Source: Candidatus Lindowbacteria bacterium RIFCSPLOWO2_12_FULL_62_27 | GTDB lineage: Bacteria; Lindowbacteria; 2-12-FULL-62-27 | Length of the DNA stretch: 64,000 nucleotides | Assembly (NCBI GenBank): GCA_001784175.1 | Contig: MFPR01000026.1 | Span: 62,001-126,000, forward strand | Direction of reading: 5' to 3' | In this document: piece by piece, positions 39,201 to 46,998 of the stretch | Layout of the letters: every line of letters begins with the position of its first letter | Numbering within the stretch: position 1 is the stretch's first letter | Position numbers and translations under genes: made by a program | The notes under the pieces: model-generated | Told to the model about the DNA's origin: nothing | The model's input: the letters and a program-made list of their open reading frames with translations, nothing else | Database searches by the model: none

Positions 39201-39833
39201 GGCCGGCGCCACAACCGGCGCGGGTGTGGGCGCTGCGGCCGGAGATTCTCCGGCGGTTACGGCCTTGACTTCTTCCTTCGGCGCCGCTTGCGCGGGCGCT
39301 GGGGCCGGTTTTGGCTCCTCCTTCTTGGCCGCCGCCTTTACGGGTTTTTTCGCGGGTGCAGGTTTGGGTTTCTCCTTGGCCGCAGGTTTCGGCTTCGGTT
39401 TTTCCTCGGGCACCGCGATGATGATGTCCTCCATGATGACTTCCACCGGCGCCGGCGCGGGCTTGGCAACCGGCGTGACCACGGGCTCTGCGGCTGGGGT
39501 GGCTGCGGGTGCAGGAGCGGGTGCAGCAGCGGGAGCGGCCACGGGCGCCGCGGTCGGCGCCGACTCGACGAGCTTGCCCTGGCGCCGCAGTTCGGTCGTG
39601 ACTTCCTCCATGAGCTTCTTCGCCCGCTCGTGCTTCGGATTCTGCTTCAGGGTCTGCTCAAGATACAGGTAGGATTCCTCATATTTTTCCGCGACGTAGG
39701 CCTTGAGCGCCGAACTGAACAACTCGTCGGAACTTGCGGCCAGCGCCGGCATCGCGGCCGACGCGGGGATCGCTGTCGCCGATCCGAGAAGCAGCGCGGC
39801 GATGAACGCCCAACCCCACGCCCCGCGCATCAT
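33228..39833 (-). CDS. pilQ: Giant PilQ/GspD-family secretin (2201 aa) with TPR-like, AMIN, Ig-like and about nine secretin-N domains plus three C-terminal ComEA-like HhH modules
   Basis: N0 domain VSLDFKDAVVVDVIRTLA. Secretin core PQVLIDATILE...ILATPKVTTLNNQKAKI...LEITPTI...GVPFLKEIPVVGNLFKS...TELMIFISPHVI. HhH modules PVNINTSS, KVDPNVVS and KMDINTAS. Last gene of a pilM-N-O-P-type operon. Confidence 0.88.
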   Translation of the reverse strand: MMRGAWGWAFIAALLLGSATAIPASAAMPALAASSDELFSSALKAYVAEKYEESYLYLEQTLKQNPKHERAKKLMEEVTTELRRQGKLVESAPTAAPVAAPAAAPAPAPAATPAAEPVVTPVAKPAPAPVEVIMEDIIIAVPEEKPKPKPAAKEKPKPAPAKKPVKAAAKKEEPKPAPAPAQAAPKEEVKAVTAGESPAAAPTPAPVVAPAETAKAPEPPKEEKPVAVAPPTEAAPATPTTAAAPAAPAAPKETSGTPVLRFGSEKPPAGDEPSVYGLEVYGEPGAPVVFIRTTDGVDFLPNPVASPPMMSIDLPGAVDRLPRKSYDIKRGPILRIRHSQFSTFPIMTARVVLDLLRGSDQPAVEAGRGGIWVRFGGASPPEALAGAPPAAPAVTEPAAAPTPTVEIGPLYAFTNLIGAGQSVAVSRKAAPVGVKVVDAASAQPVIDLPVTFELMSGEGSLSGSAADGVQKIKVNTNKSGVAEAPLAVGRKIEPISIKVSAGDPAKFNLVEMVIPVIVTAGPPVHLEKVSGDGQEAIAGDELKDHLVTRVTDEYGNPVIGAKVQYTILKGNGRLDTIKFNDPRDNEAVSDTAGLARCEVWVLGVEAGEQLVEASLIGGAGTSERVLFTAKSGQRIVSLDFKDAVVVDVIRTLAQLGNMNVIFDLEYDDAKKKFVVPFLDHKGAEKKVEIPPLTIHVVDVTVLEALDMVLESSGLTRVTEGNTVRIIAKTRAVGRPLPVVSDTPQTGGKFVTHVFELKYTTAENIVKLLTEFVEKDGGQIVADPLSNRLLVIQTADNVKKVANILAVLDVSTAKTQESYLEVRTYQLKNASASEMASRLSDILKQSGKFEFTVINSDLSITKLGVISYDQLRLTRRVRGKSGEGITDEQFVKQSLLLNIMTVNPAKNTVTILSTREVLFLMGQVIESLDVKTAYSDTVTREFRFFYLDTETADALIHKHLSVGGTYRHYPEFNSYLVNDRRDVVLELENAVNALDKGAKKLAIYRLKFLDPTNLTSFLGNIIPSPPAAAQEERKRVTATNTGTGEWVWEESVTAAATKEISRGWWLVDKDNKLVIVYDAPAIVENVLRLLEQADNTKTFIRAYEVKNMRVADAAEVLRQFLGLRDARTGAQRFFTTQIFEGTRSTATTSQAISFFRSLTDALDQPAILPLDRANSLLVLAREDVQSAVAAVLPQIDIQMTPGLEIQILDITPLRSYLVIPPQTVTAKTNQSGDAVWTFSTPGSEQLVFRTEIAELVKTMLSPSGMIFITLAQDRLYLIIRDMPPNIEAFKDFVGKMKSYRDLEFKLYKIQNTSAVAIANALAGFVTSSDQAGLTPGKIYGIINLIQSTNTVIVQAPKESIEQIERLIQEMDQPGVGTTPGFTTKVYQMKNVTAADAAVLLSSLFTGSMVSAGGISSGIVGVVRSLAGPNLVIVATLESNIPMVNGMVANIDIATPAPPDFISRSFVLRYIKPSEMANILKGKSKVTEVTVKSSTGKGAAGAAGEITTSAQEGNFDPLVTTSKPASTQSQLFASITADDRLNILTVLAPPAQMNEIHKIIDAHDRPAPQVLIDATILEYTLDDNDQRGINFITNPDALRASGGAQKSVFDPSQLTGKEGKLGMEFSPSLLGAGTYRAILNTAQARVLFEFLTSTNRTEILATPKVTTLNNQKAKILLGQTVRVRLDQTSVTGVVSSATEPVDATLSLEITPTISSERTVELDIVVTINEFSATPVAGTVLTIDRREASSKILLGDAQTLVLGGVIRDKKTLSNSGVPFLKEIPVVGNLFKSKTEKKLKTELMIFISPHVITNLPEATQVTKEVAKSLQQITPFPVNINTSSIAEISELPGLRSDVDPDQPFRLAQRIVARREQFGPYQALEHLMTVPGLTRVIFDDVVYRIEYKVDPNVVSLQELVRIKGINLGMAQKIVEERKARGIFRSEEEFEALMLGLGMNKGLYQRFIKPVIIIRGTGLGDLTLAPPQEQKLPPLPYVPSEPARTAPAPAPAPAPTPAPPVVVPKVAPTRPRSLAPPPQPEQRPATAPAPAPATTAPMTAAPAPQPKPVAPAPQPKPAPLAAPAPQQKQPTAPPPPPPPPPPAAAEPEPEPAPTPKEEPYDASLPPPEIKSSTPPQQASPEQQGKMDINTASLEDLQKLPGIDEYRAKMIDAYRYTYGKFKTISDLKQVPDITDEIFEQVKDKIYVSR

Positions 39834-42800
39834 TCGCCGAGAACCCTCAACACTTTTTCTAGCCGCGCCCGGAGCGACGTCGCCTCCGGATGGCCCGGAT
39901 GCTCGGCGATGAACTGCTCAATCGCCGTTTTCGCCGCGCGGTACTCGCCCTTGTCGACCAGTGCCTGAACGTCCGCCATGCTCGGCGCCGCGGCCGCCGC
40001 AGGTCTTTGCCTCTCGACCGGCGTCGGCTGCGTGAGGGTCGGCGTCGGCGCTCCGGCGCCGGGCCGGAGCGTGATGTGAAGGAGATTCGCGCGGGAGAGG
40101 ATGGAATAAGCGTACGCGGCGTCGATCTTGAGCACCAGCCGCGTCGCTTCGCCGCCGTCCCCCGCAAGTTTCGCGGCCCGGAGGCCGGGCAGGTCGAGCG
40201 CGTCGTAGTCGTAGACGCGGAGCAGGCCCGTCTGCGGCAGCGAAATCACGAGCGCGCTCAAGCCGGACCCGAATTGCGTCGGCTGCGACGCGCGATAGTC
40301 GATGGGCCCCGACGCCACGACGTACACGTCGGTGCGGTCGGGCGCCGCCTTGAAAAACAGGCCCTCCGCGCGCGGACGCCAGTCGCTCACGGGCGGCTCC
40401 CGAAGCGCCGGCGCCGGCGCGCCTTTCACCTGGATGGTGATGCGGCCAGCCTCGGGATACACGAGATATCCTTCCGACACGCCCCGCGTGAACATCTGCG
40501 GCGTAAAAGAAGACGGCGTCAGGGCGGTCGGCCGGGCGCCGGCCCCGCCGATGTCGATCTGGACCGGCTGGCCGATGCTGCGCGCGTCCTCGACGGGATT
40601 GCCGTAGGCGTCCAGCGCGGTGACGCGAACCCGGAACGGCTCGCCCGCGATCACCTGGTCGAGCACGTCGACCCGGAAGGTCGCCGCGCTGCCGGGCAGG
40701 ACCTCCACGGTGTTGGACCGGCCGCTTCCGCGGCGGTCCTCGGTCGAGGCTGTGATTTCAGTCTTGCCGGACGATGCGAGCGTGACGGAGACGATGGCGA
40801 TTCCCTCGGAGAAATTTCCGGCGTGGATCACGTCGGGCGATATTCTATTCTGCCCGGTGGACGCCAGCAGAATTTTCCCGGGCTCGTCGAATTCACGGAT
40901 CAGATTGTAGTACATGTCCTGCGCCTCGATCCGCACCGGAAACGGCTCGCCCGCTCGGACCTTGGGCGCGACCGACACGAGGAACTGCGACAGCGGGCCG
41001 GCGTTCACTTTCAGGTGCCCCGACTGGCCGGCGGCCGTGCCGAACCGCTCGCTCGCGGTGAGCAGGATGCGCTCGGCGACGAAGGACCGAAGTTCCACCT
41101 GGGCGACGCCGTCTTTGAACGCGGCCGGTGCCACCTGCGCCGGCTGGACCTCGCCGATTCCGGAGGACTGGATGAGAATGCCGCTGCCGGACCGGTGATA
41201 GTCGGTGACGGTGTTGCCGTAGGCGTCCCTGGCCGTGACGGCGATCCGGTAGGGCGCGCCGGCTCTTGCGGCGGCCGGCGTGGTCACATCAAAATGATGC
41301 AGCGCGGCCGGCATGACTTCGATCGGTCCTGACAGCGCGCGCTTGCCGCGGCCGCTCGGAAGTTCCGCGATCACGCGGACCGTGCCCGTGCGGTAATAGG
41401 GGAGGGTGGCGGAGGATTTGCCGTAAGCAAATGATGCGGCCGGAATTTCCGTCGCGGCCGGCGCCTGCGGGCCGTCGACCTGCACGAGCACGCTCCCCTG
41501 GCCGAACTCGGCGACGGGGTTTCGGTAGGCGTCGATCACCGTCAGCGCGACGGGAATGCCGGAACCGGCCGTCGCCACGGACGCGGTTGTGATCTCAACG
41601 TCGGCCGGCATGCCCGGCCGGACCCGCACTTGGATCGGCTCGGACCGGAGAAGCCCCCCGGCGTCCTGGGCGGTGATCCGGATGTCTTCGGCCACGTTGT
41701 AGGACACTTTGCGTTCGATGATGGCTTTCACAAATGAGTGCGGCGCGATTTCGATCGGCGTTGTCCGTACGGTCCCCTGGACCGTCAGGAGAATCGTGCC
41801 TTCCGGAGACTTGGACGGGTTGCCCTTGGAATCGACGGCGCGGATTTTGACCGCAAAAGGCGCTCCGGCGTCGGCCTCTCCGGGCGCCGAAAGTTCCAGC
41901 CGGCGTGGCCGCCCGGGCTGGATGTCGACCGTGCCCGAAACGCCGGACCGCCGGGTGCCGGGTTCGGATGCGGCGAGAAGGATCTGTTCGGTTTTCGGAT
42001 AGGTGAGCCGCACAAAGGCGACGCCCTTCACGAACAACTTGGCGGGCAATTCCGACGGCGACGGCGAGGCGGTGCCGTCGGCGGAGAGGTAGACGACGGT
42101 GCCGATGGCGTCGTAATCCATGACGACATTGCCGAATTCATCGAGCGCGGTGATCGCGACATCGAAAGGCTCATCGACGGGCACGGCGGGAGGCGCCGTG
42201 ATCTGAAAGCGGTGCGGTGCGCCGGAGGCGACGGACAGTTTCGACGGGGCCTTGCCGACCACGCCGGTTTTCGGGTCGCGCGCGCGGACTTCGACCTCGC
42301 CGGTGCCGGTGTAGGTGACGGCGGCATCGGCCACGCCGTCGCCGAACTGCGCCGGCATCACGCGCGTCGGCGTCAGCCGGCCGAACCCGTCGCTCGACAG
42401 GATCACGCCCTCGGTCTGCTTGTTGAATTCCTTGATGATGTTTCCGAACGCGTCCAGCGCCATGATCGTCAGCCGGAAGGGCACGCCGGCCCGCGCGGTC
42501 GCGGGCTGCGTCACGCGGATTTCGCTGAGCTTGCCGGGCGCCACCACGAACGGGGCGCTCCGGGCCTCGATCCGGCCGACTGCGCCGCTCGTGGACCGCG
42601 CGACAAGCTCGATTCGCTCGGCGACCTTGTAGATCATCTGAAGTTCCGCGACGCCGCGCACAAAGGATCTCGGCAGAACCGACTTCGGCCAGATCTCACC
42701 CCGGCCGGACACCGAAATATCCATTTCGATCGACCGGCGGTCCATGTCGGTCACCACGTTGCCGAACCGGTCCCGCACTTCCAGTTTCACCCCGAAGGGT

Positions 42801-42946
42801 TCGCCGCATACGGGATTGGCGGGCACGGTCCACACCACGGCCGCAGGCTCGCCGGCCTGTACCTCAAGATCGGCCGCCTTCGCCGGCAAGGAGAAGCACA
42901 GCAGGATTGCCGCCAGCGCGCCCATGTGTCCGCGTAGGAGGATCAT
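39830..42946 (-). CDS. Exported protein with eight tandem ~100-aa Ig-like repeats, an AMIN-like domain and a C-terminal TPR-like helix pair
   Basis: Repeat consensus P....AG.PF.V.I.A.D..GN seen 8 times. Signal peptide present. ATGA overlaps with both neighbours. Confidence 0.75.
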   Translation of the reverse strand: MILLRGHMGALAAILLCFSLPAKAADLEVQAGEPAAVVWTVPANPVCGEPFGVKLEVRDRFGNVVTDMDRRSIEMDISVSGRGEIWPKSVLPRSFVRGVAELQMIYKVAERIELVARSTSGAVGRIEARSAPFVVAPGKLSEIRVTQPATARAGVPFRLTIMALDAFGNIIKEFNKQTEGVILSSDGFGRLTPTRVMPAQFGDGVADAAVTYTGTGEVEVRARDPKTGVVGKAPSKLSVASGAPHRFQITAPPAVPVDEPFDVAITALDEFGNVVMDYDAIGTVVYLSADGTASPSPSELPAKLFVKGVAFVRLTYPKTEQILLAASEPGTRRSGVSGTVDIQPGRPRRLELSAPGEADAGAPFAVKIRAVDSKGNPSKSPEGTILLTVQGTVRTTPIEIAPHSFVKAIIERKVSYNVAEDIRITAQDAGGLLRSEPIQVRVRPGMPADVEITTASVATAGSGIPVALTVIDAYRNPVAEFGQGSVLVQVDGPQAPAATEIPAASFAYGKSSATLPYYRTGTVRVIAELPSGRGKRALSGPIEVMPAALHHFDVTTPAAARAGAPYRIAVTARDAYGNTVTDYHRSGSGILIQSSGIGEVQPAQVAPAAFKDGVAQVELRSFVAERILLTASERFGTAAGQSGHLKVNAGPLSQFLVSVAPKVRAGEPFPVRIEAQDMYYNLIREFDEPGKILLASTGQNRISPDVIHAGNFSEGIAIVSVTLASSGKTEITASTEDRRGSGRSNTVEVLPGSAATFRVDVLDQVIAGEPFRVRVTALDAYGNPVEDARSIGQPVQIDIGGAGARPTALTPSSFTPQMFTRGVSEGYLVYPEAGRITIQVKGAPAPALREPPVSDWRPRAEGLFFKAAPDRTDVYVVASGPIDYRASQPTQFGSGLSALVISLPQTGLLRVYDYDALDLPGLRAAKLAGDGGEATRLVLKIDAAYAYSILSRANLLHITLRPGAGAPTPTLTQPTPVERQRPAAAAAPSMADVQALVDKGEYRAAKTAIEQFIAEHPGHPEATSLRARLEKVLRVLGE

Positions 42947-43839
42947 TCGCCCCCCAAGTCCAGGCCGCCGCCACCGCCCGCGCCGCCACCGCCGCCACCC
43001 GCGCCCCCGCCGTCCGATTTCGTCTCTTCCTCCTCCGCTTCCTCGTCCGTCACTTCCTCGTCCGCCGCGGCCCCCTCGTCGGCTGCCGCTTTTTTCTTCT
43101 TGGATTTTTTCGTCTCCTCGGCGTCGCCGCCCTCTTCACCCTTGGCCTTGCCCTCGCCTCCCCCGCCCTCCTCGCCCTCCTCGAGCTTCACCGTCGCTTT
43201 CTTGCCGTACCGCGCGTCGTACTCCCAGTTGGACCGCGTCTTGTAGGCGTTGGAGGCCAGCGCTTCCCTGAGATCGTCCAGACCGTACTCCTGCGGGAGA
43301 TACACGGGCGCGGGCAGAAGGCCCTCCTCTTGGACCGTGATGCGGCTGCGGCCGATCTCCACGACTTTCTTTTGCGTCCCCCGGATGTTCTTCCCCTCCA
43401 GCACCACGATCGCGACCCCGTTGACTTCAATGAGCGCGCTCCGCCGCTGCGCCGCATAGGAGTAGACGGTGCCGATGAGATCGATGCCGGTCACGTCGGT
43501 CACCTTGTCCTCCTTGTCCAGCCCCGTCTGCTCGAACACGCCGAAGGGCAGGAAGGGATTGTGCTGCCGGAGAAGCCGGACATCGTAGGACATCTGGGCG
43601 GCCGCGGCGGGGGGAGGCGGCGGTTTCGGCTTGTACCGCCGCATCTGCTCCTCGACTCGGGCCCGCACGGTCCGGGCGTCCTCGAGACCGTACAGCACAA
43701 GGAAATTGGGCTCGAACGCGAAGAGATCGACCAGGCCCTGTGTGACGTAGACGTTTCCCAGGAGCGTCACCCAGAACAGGATCTTCAGGACCGGCACTTT
43801 CGCGTTGATCTTGAAAAATACGTCCTTCAATTTGCCCAT
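42943..43839 (-). CDS. PilP/GspC-like protein with an N-terminal TM segment and an acidic low-complexity tail
   Basis: Position after pilO. HNPF motif followed by IDLIGTV...SALIEVNG...VLEGKNI...VVEIGRSRITVQE (HR/PilP-type beta domain). No lipobox. Confidence 0.65.
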   Translation of the reverse strand: MGKLKDVFFKINAKVPVLKILFWVTLLGNVYVTQGLVDLFAFEPNFLVLYGLEDARTVRARVEEQMRRYKPKPPPPPAAAAQMSYDVRLLRQHNPFLPFGVFEQTGLDKEDKVTDVTGIDLIGTVYSYAAQRRSALIEVNGVAIVVLEGKNIRGTQKKVVEIGRSRITVQEEGLLPAPVYLPQEYGLDDLREALASNAYKTRSNWEYDARYGKKATVKLEEGEEGGGGEGKAKGEEGGDAEETKKSKKKKAAADEGAAADEEVTDEEAEEEETKSDGGGAGGGGGGAGGGGGLDLGGE

Positions 43840-43840
43840 G

Positions 43841-44398
43841 TCAGACCTCCGTCAACGTCGACGAATAGACGTTGGCGATAATACTAATGGTAAAACTTTG
43901 AAGTTTCGTGCCGGGAGCCAGCGGGTCGGGGCTGATGTTGATCGAAGAAATGTCGATCAGCCGCTCGTAGTTTTCAATGCGCCACAGAAATTCAACGAGC
44001 TGGAACCAGTAACAGGTGAACTGTATCCTGAGAATTTCCGCCTTCCAACCCTCGCCGCGATCCCTGCTTTCCTCCGGCTGTATGCCCTTGATCCGGACGC
44101 CGGCCCGCGCCGCCAGTTCCTGCATTTTGGCGATCAGCTCGAACGACCCGGCCTCCGTCGGCAACACCTTTTTCAGCTCCGCCAGGCGGTACTTCAACAG
44201 GTCGACCTCGCCGGCGAGCTCACTCATATTTTCGGCTTTTTTGTGCGCTGTCCTGAGTTCCTTCACCAGAGTGCTGATCTGCTCCTCGCGCTTCTTGTGC
44301 TCGTCGTACATCGGCACCACGAACATCCAGATCAGGCCGCCGACCGCGGCGACCCCCAGAAACCCGAGGGCCTTCTTGTCGCTCTCCTTGAGTTCCAT
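43841..44398 (-). CDS. pilO: Type IV pilus assembly protein PilO
   Basis: N-terminal TM and coiled coil, LKKVLPTE, QELAARAGVRI, and FLWRIENYERLIDISSINI. Confidence 0.85.
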   Translation of the reverse strand: MELKESDKKALGFLGVAAVGGLIWMFVVPMYDEHKKREEQISTLVKELRTAHKKAENMSELAGEVDLLKYRLAELKKVLPTEAGSFELIAKMQELAARAGVRIKGIQPEESRDRGEGWKAEILRIQFTCYWFQLVEFLWRIENYERLIDISSINISPDPLAPGTKLQSFTISIIANVYSSTLTEV

Positions 44399-44401
44399 CG
44401 G

Positions 44402-46882
44402 TTATGCGCCTCCCGCGCCCGGCACGGGCGCGGATTTGGCGGCGGCTGCGTGGTTGACTTGGAGGGTGAAATCGACCTCGAAGGTCTTGCCGGTCGGACC
44501 CTCGACCTCCCGCGGGCTGGGGCGGTTGACCAGCGTGAAGAGGTCCTTGGTCAGCTCCGGCGTCTGAAACCGTTTGCCGATGCCCGGGATTTCCGCAAGG
44601 CTGTTCGTCACGATCCTCAGGTCAATCCGCTCTTTCGTCGGCATCGTCAACGACCGGACCGCCGCGTTTTCCGGAATGGTCCGGTCCAGCGCCGAGAGGA
44701 CGGCCATCCACATGGCGCGGGACCCGAGGAGGTTCGCGATGGATTTCTCCAGATCGTTGACGGTCTTCTGGTCCTTTTCGAGCTGCCGGGTCCGCGTGAC
44801 CACGGGATCGAGTTCCTGGATGTCGGACTGGATCTTGGCGTGAAGCGTCTTGGTGTTGTGGACGGTCATGTAGGCGGACAGGCCGCCGAGCACGAGCAGG
44901 AGGCCGGCGGCGATCCCGAACCATTTCACGTCTTTCCCCATGGACCGCATGCGCCGGATGGCCAGGATGTTTTCGGGCAGCATGTCGATGTCGAGGGGCG
45001 TTCCGTCCAGGATTCGCATGCCCATGCCAAGGGCCGCCGCAAATGCCTGTGGATTGTCCTGCGACTGGCCTGACGGCACGGTCACTTTGCCTACCGGGTC
45101 AAAGACCGTCACCGGGACGTTCAGTTGCGTCGACAAATATTCGGCCAGGCCTTTCAGCGCGGCGCCGCCGCCCGAGAGATGGACCCGCTTGATTTCTCCG
45201 CCGCCGAGCTGGCCGACAAAATAATCGAAGGACCGCCGAAGCTCAGTGGCCAGACGGTCCGCAATCGGCTTGACGGCGGCTGTGAGCTTGTCCTTGTCGA
45301 CTTTGATGTCTTCCTTTTCGCTCTCGAATAAACTGAATACCTCGCCATCCTCAGCCTTCGCCGCGCCGAGCGATTTCCCTCCCGGTCCGCCCGGCGGCGC
45401 CGGCGCCGGCGGTTTGGGGCCGGGCAATCCCAGTCCGGGTGGGGGCGGCGCTTTCAATCCGGGCGGGGGTGGAGCCCCGGGCGGAGCCGGGGCCGCTGTC
45501 GGCGGTTTGGGCAACGAAAGCGCCGGGGGCTTGAGTGTCGGCGCCGCCGGAGGTTTCGGCGCAGCAGGCGCAACAGGCGCGGTCTGCGTGGGTGCCGGGG
45601 GTTTCATCATCGGTGGCTGCGGCAGCGCGACTTCAGTTACTTTCTTCGGTATCTCTTGAGCCGGCGCGGCCGCCGGCTTTTCAGCGGTGGGTGGCGCGGG
45701 AGGTTTCAATCCACCCGCGGCCGTCGCCCCAGGCAGGGGTGCCGCAAGTCCCGGCGCTTTGGGCGGCGTCAAGCCCCCGGCCGATGGCGGTGTGAGCCCG
45801 CCCGCGGCCGGCGCCGGCGCCGCAAGTCCCGGCGCTTTCGGCGGAATCAGCCCGCCGGCGGCCGGCGGGGCCATGGATGGCCCCGTCCCTGCCGTCCGCG
45901 ACGCCAAGGATGGCGTCGCCCCAGGCAGGGGGGGCGTCAGCCCCGGCGCTTTGGGCGGCGTGAGTCCGCCCGCGGCGGCGGGCCCCGCCAATCCAGGCGC
46001 CTTGGGCGCCGCCAGTCCGGGAGACTTGGCCGTTGGCATCGACGCTCCGGGCGCTTTGGGCGAGGCGAGTCCGCCGGGCGTCCGCCCCTCGCCTTCGAGA
46101 GAGGCGAGATCCGCCTGGATGGCTTTGACCTCGGCATGTTTGATCTTGAGTACCTCGGCCTTGTCCTCCGGGATGCCCAGGCGCTTCGAGATGATCTCGG
46201 TGAAACTTCGGCCGGCGATGGGCACGCTTCTGGTGAAAAACACTCTCTGATTCTTGATGAACGCGATGTCGGTTGTCCCCGCGCCGATGTCGACGAAGAC
46301 CTCCGAGATGTCTTCCTCTTTTTCGTCCTTCAGCTCCCCATGATAATACAGGGAAAAAAGGGCCAGGGTCGTGACATCGACGATCAGGACCTCCAGTCCC
46401 GCGTCTTCGATGATCGTTACCATGCTGTCCAGCTTGTCCCGCTTGATCGCAACGAGAAGCACCTCGAAGCCGTTGTCCTTCTTTCGCGCCTCGCACCAGT
46501 CCAGCGACACCTCGTCCAGCGGAAACGGTATGTGCCCCTCCGCCTCGTGCCGGACCACCCCTTCCAGCCGGTCCTTGGGGATGCCTTGGAAGGTCAGATA
46601 GCGGATGATGACGGACTGGGCCGGCAGGGCGAAAATCGCGTTTTGTTTTCGGAATTTGTGTTTGTCCACGAGGGCCTTCAGAAGCTCCGCGGCCTTGGCC
46701 TCAAAGTCCTTCCCGGCAAGACCCGCCGGCATGGGCAGACTGTCCCACACGTCGACCTTGTACTTCCCGCCGCCCCCGGTCAGACGGCAGACCTTCACCG
46801 CTGACGCGCCGATGTCCACGGCGAGACACGACTTCTTGCCGAACTTGGGCAGACCGGTCAATGCCGGCAGCTTGAATGCCAT
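44402..46882 (-). CDS. pilM: PilM-PilN fusion protein with a Pro/Ala/Gly-rich insertion inside PilM
   Basis: PilM motifs LAVDIGASAVK, EAEGHIPFPLDEV, FVDIGAGTTDI, ELRRSFDYF and LSGGGA. These are followed in frame by a PilN-type IDMLP motif (INLLP), a TM helix, a coiled coil and LDRTIPENAAVRSL. Confidence 0.88.
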   Translation of the reverse strand: MAFKLPALTGLPKFGKKSCLAVDIGASAVKVCRLTGGGGKYKVDVWDSLPMPAGLAGKDFEAKAAELLKALVDKHKFRKQNAIFALPAQSVIIRYLTFQGIPKDRLEGVVRHEAEGHIPFPLDEVSLDWCEARKKDNGFEVLLVAIKRDKLDSMVTIIEDAGLEVLIVDVTTLALFSLYYHGELKDEKEEDISEVFVDIGAGTTDIAFIKNQRVFFTRSVPIAGRSFTEIISKRLGIPEDKAEVLKIKHAEVKAIQADLASLEGEGRTPGGLASPKAPGASMPTAKSPGLAAPKAPGLAGPAAAGGLTPPKAPGLTPPLPGATPSLASRTAGTGPSMAPPAAGGLIPPKAPGLAAPAPAAGGLTPPSAGGLTPPKAPGLAAPLPGATAAGGLKPPAPPTAEKPAAAPAQEIPKKVTEVALPQPPMMKPPAPTQTAPVAPAAPKPPAAPTLKPPALSLPKPPTAAPAPPGAPPPPGLKAPPPPGLGLPGPKPPAPAPPGGPGGKSLGAAKAEDGEVFSLFESEKEDIKVDKDKLTAAVKPIADRLATELRRSFDYFVGQLGGGEIKRVHLSGGGAALKGLAEYLSTQLNVPVTVFDPVGKVTVPSGQSQDNPQAFAAALGMGMRILDGTPLDIDMLPENILAIRRMRSMGKDVKWFGIAAGLLLVLGGLSAYMTVHNTKTLHAKIQSDIQELDPVVTRTRQLEKDQKTVNDLEKSIANLLGSRAMWMAVLSALDRTIPENAAVRSLTMPTKERIDLRIVTNSLAEIPGIGKRFQTPELTKDLFTLVNRPSPREVEGPTGKTFEVDFTLQVNHAAAAKSAPVPGAGGA

Positions 46883-46982
46883 GCGTCCCTCACGCTTTTG
46901 TCCAGCGTTTTCGGGCCCCCCTTGGGCCCGGTCAAGCGTTCGTACTGATCGTGCAGCTACACCCGTTCCAACTCATGTAACA

Positions 46983-46998
46983 TGTGATGCAGATCACA
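46983..46998. promoter_or_regulatory. CRP/FNR-family binding site upstream of the pilM operon
   Basis: Exact TGTGA-N6-TCACA (TGTGA TGCAGA TCACA), 100 bp upstream of the pilM ATG in an AT-richer intergenic region. Confidence 0.65.

Noticed and set aside
45360-46090. CRISPR-like or mobile repeat array in the pilM region
   Set aside because: The repeats are degenerate, in frame and encode Pro/Ala peptide units. There is no constant repeat with unique spacers and no cas gene.
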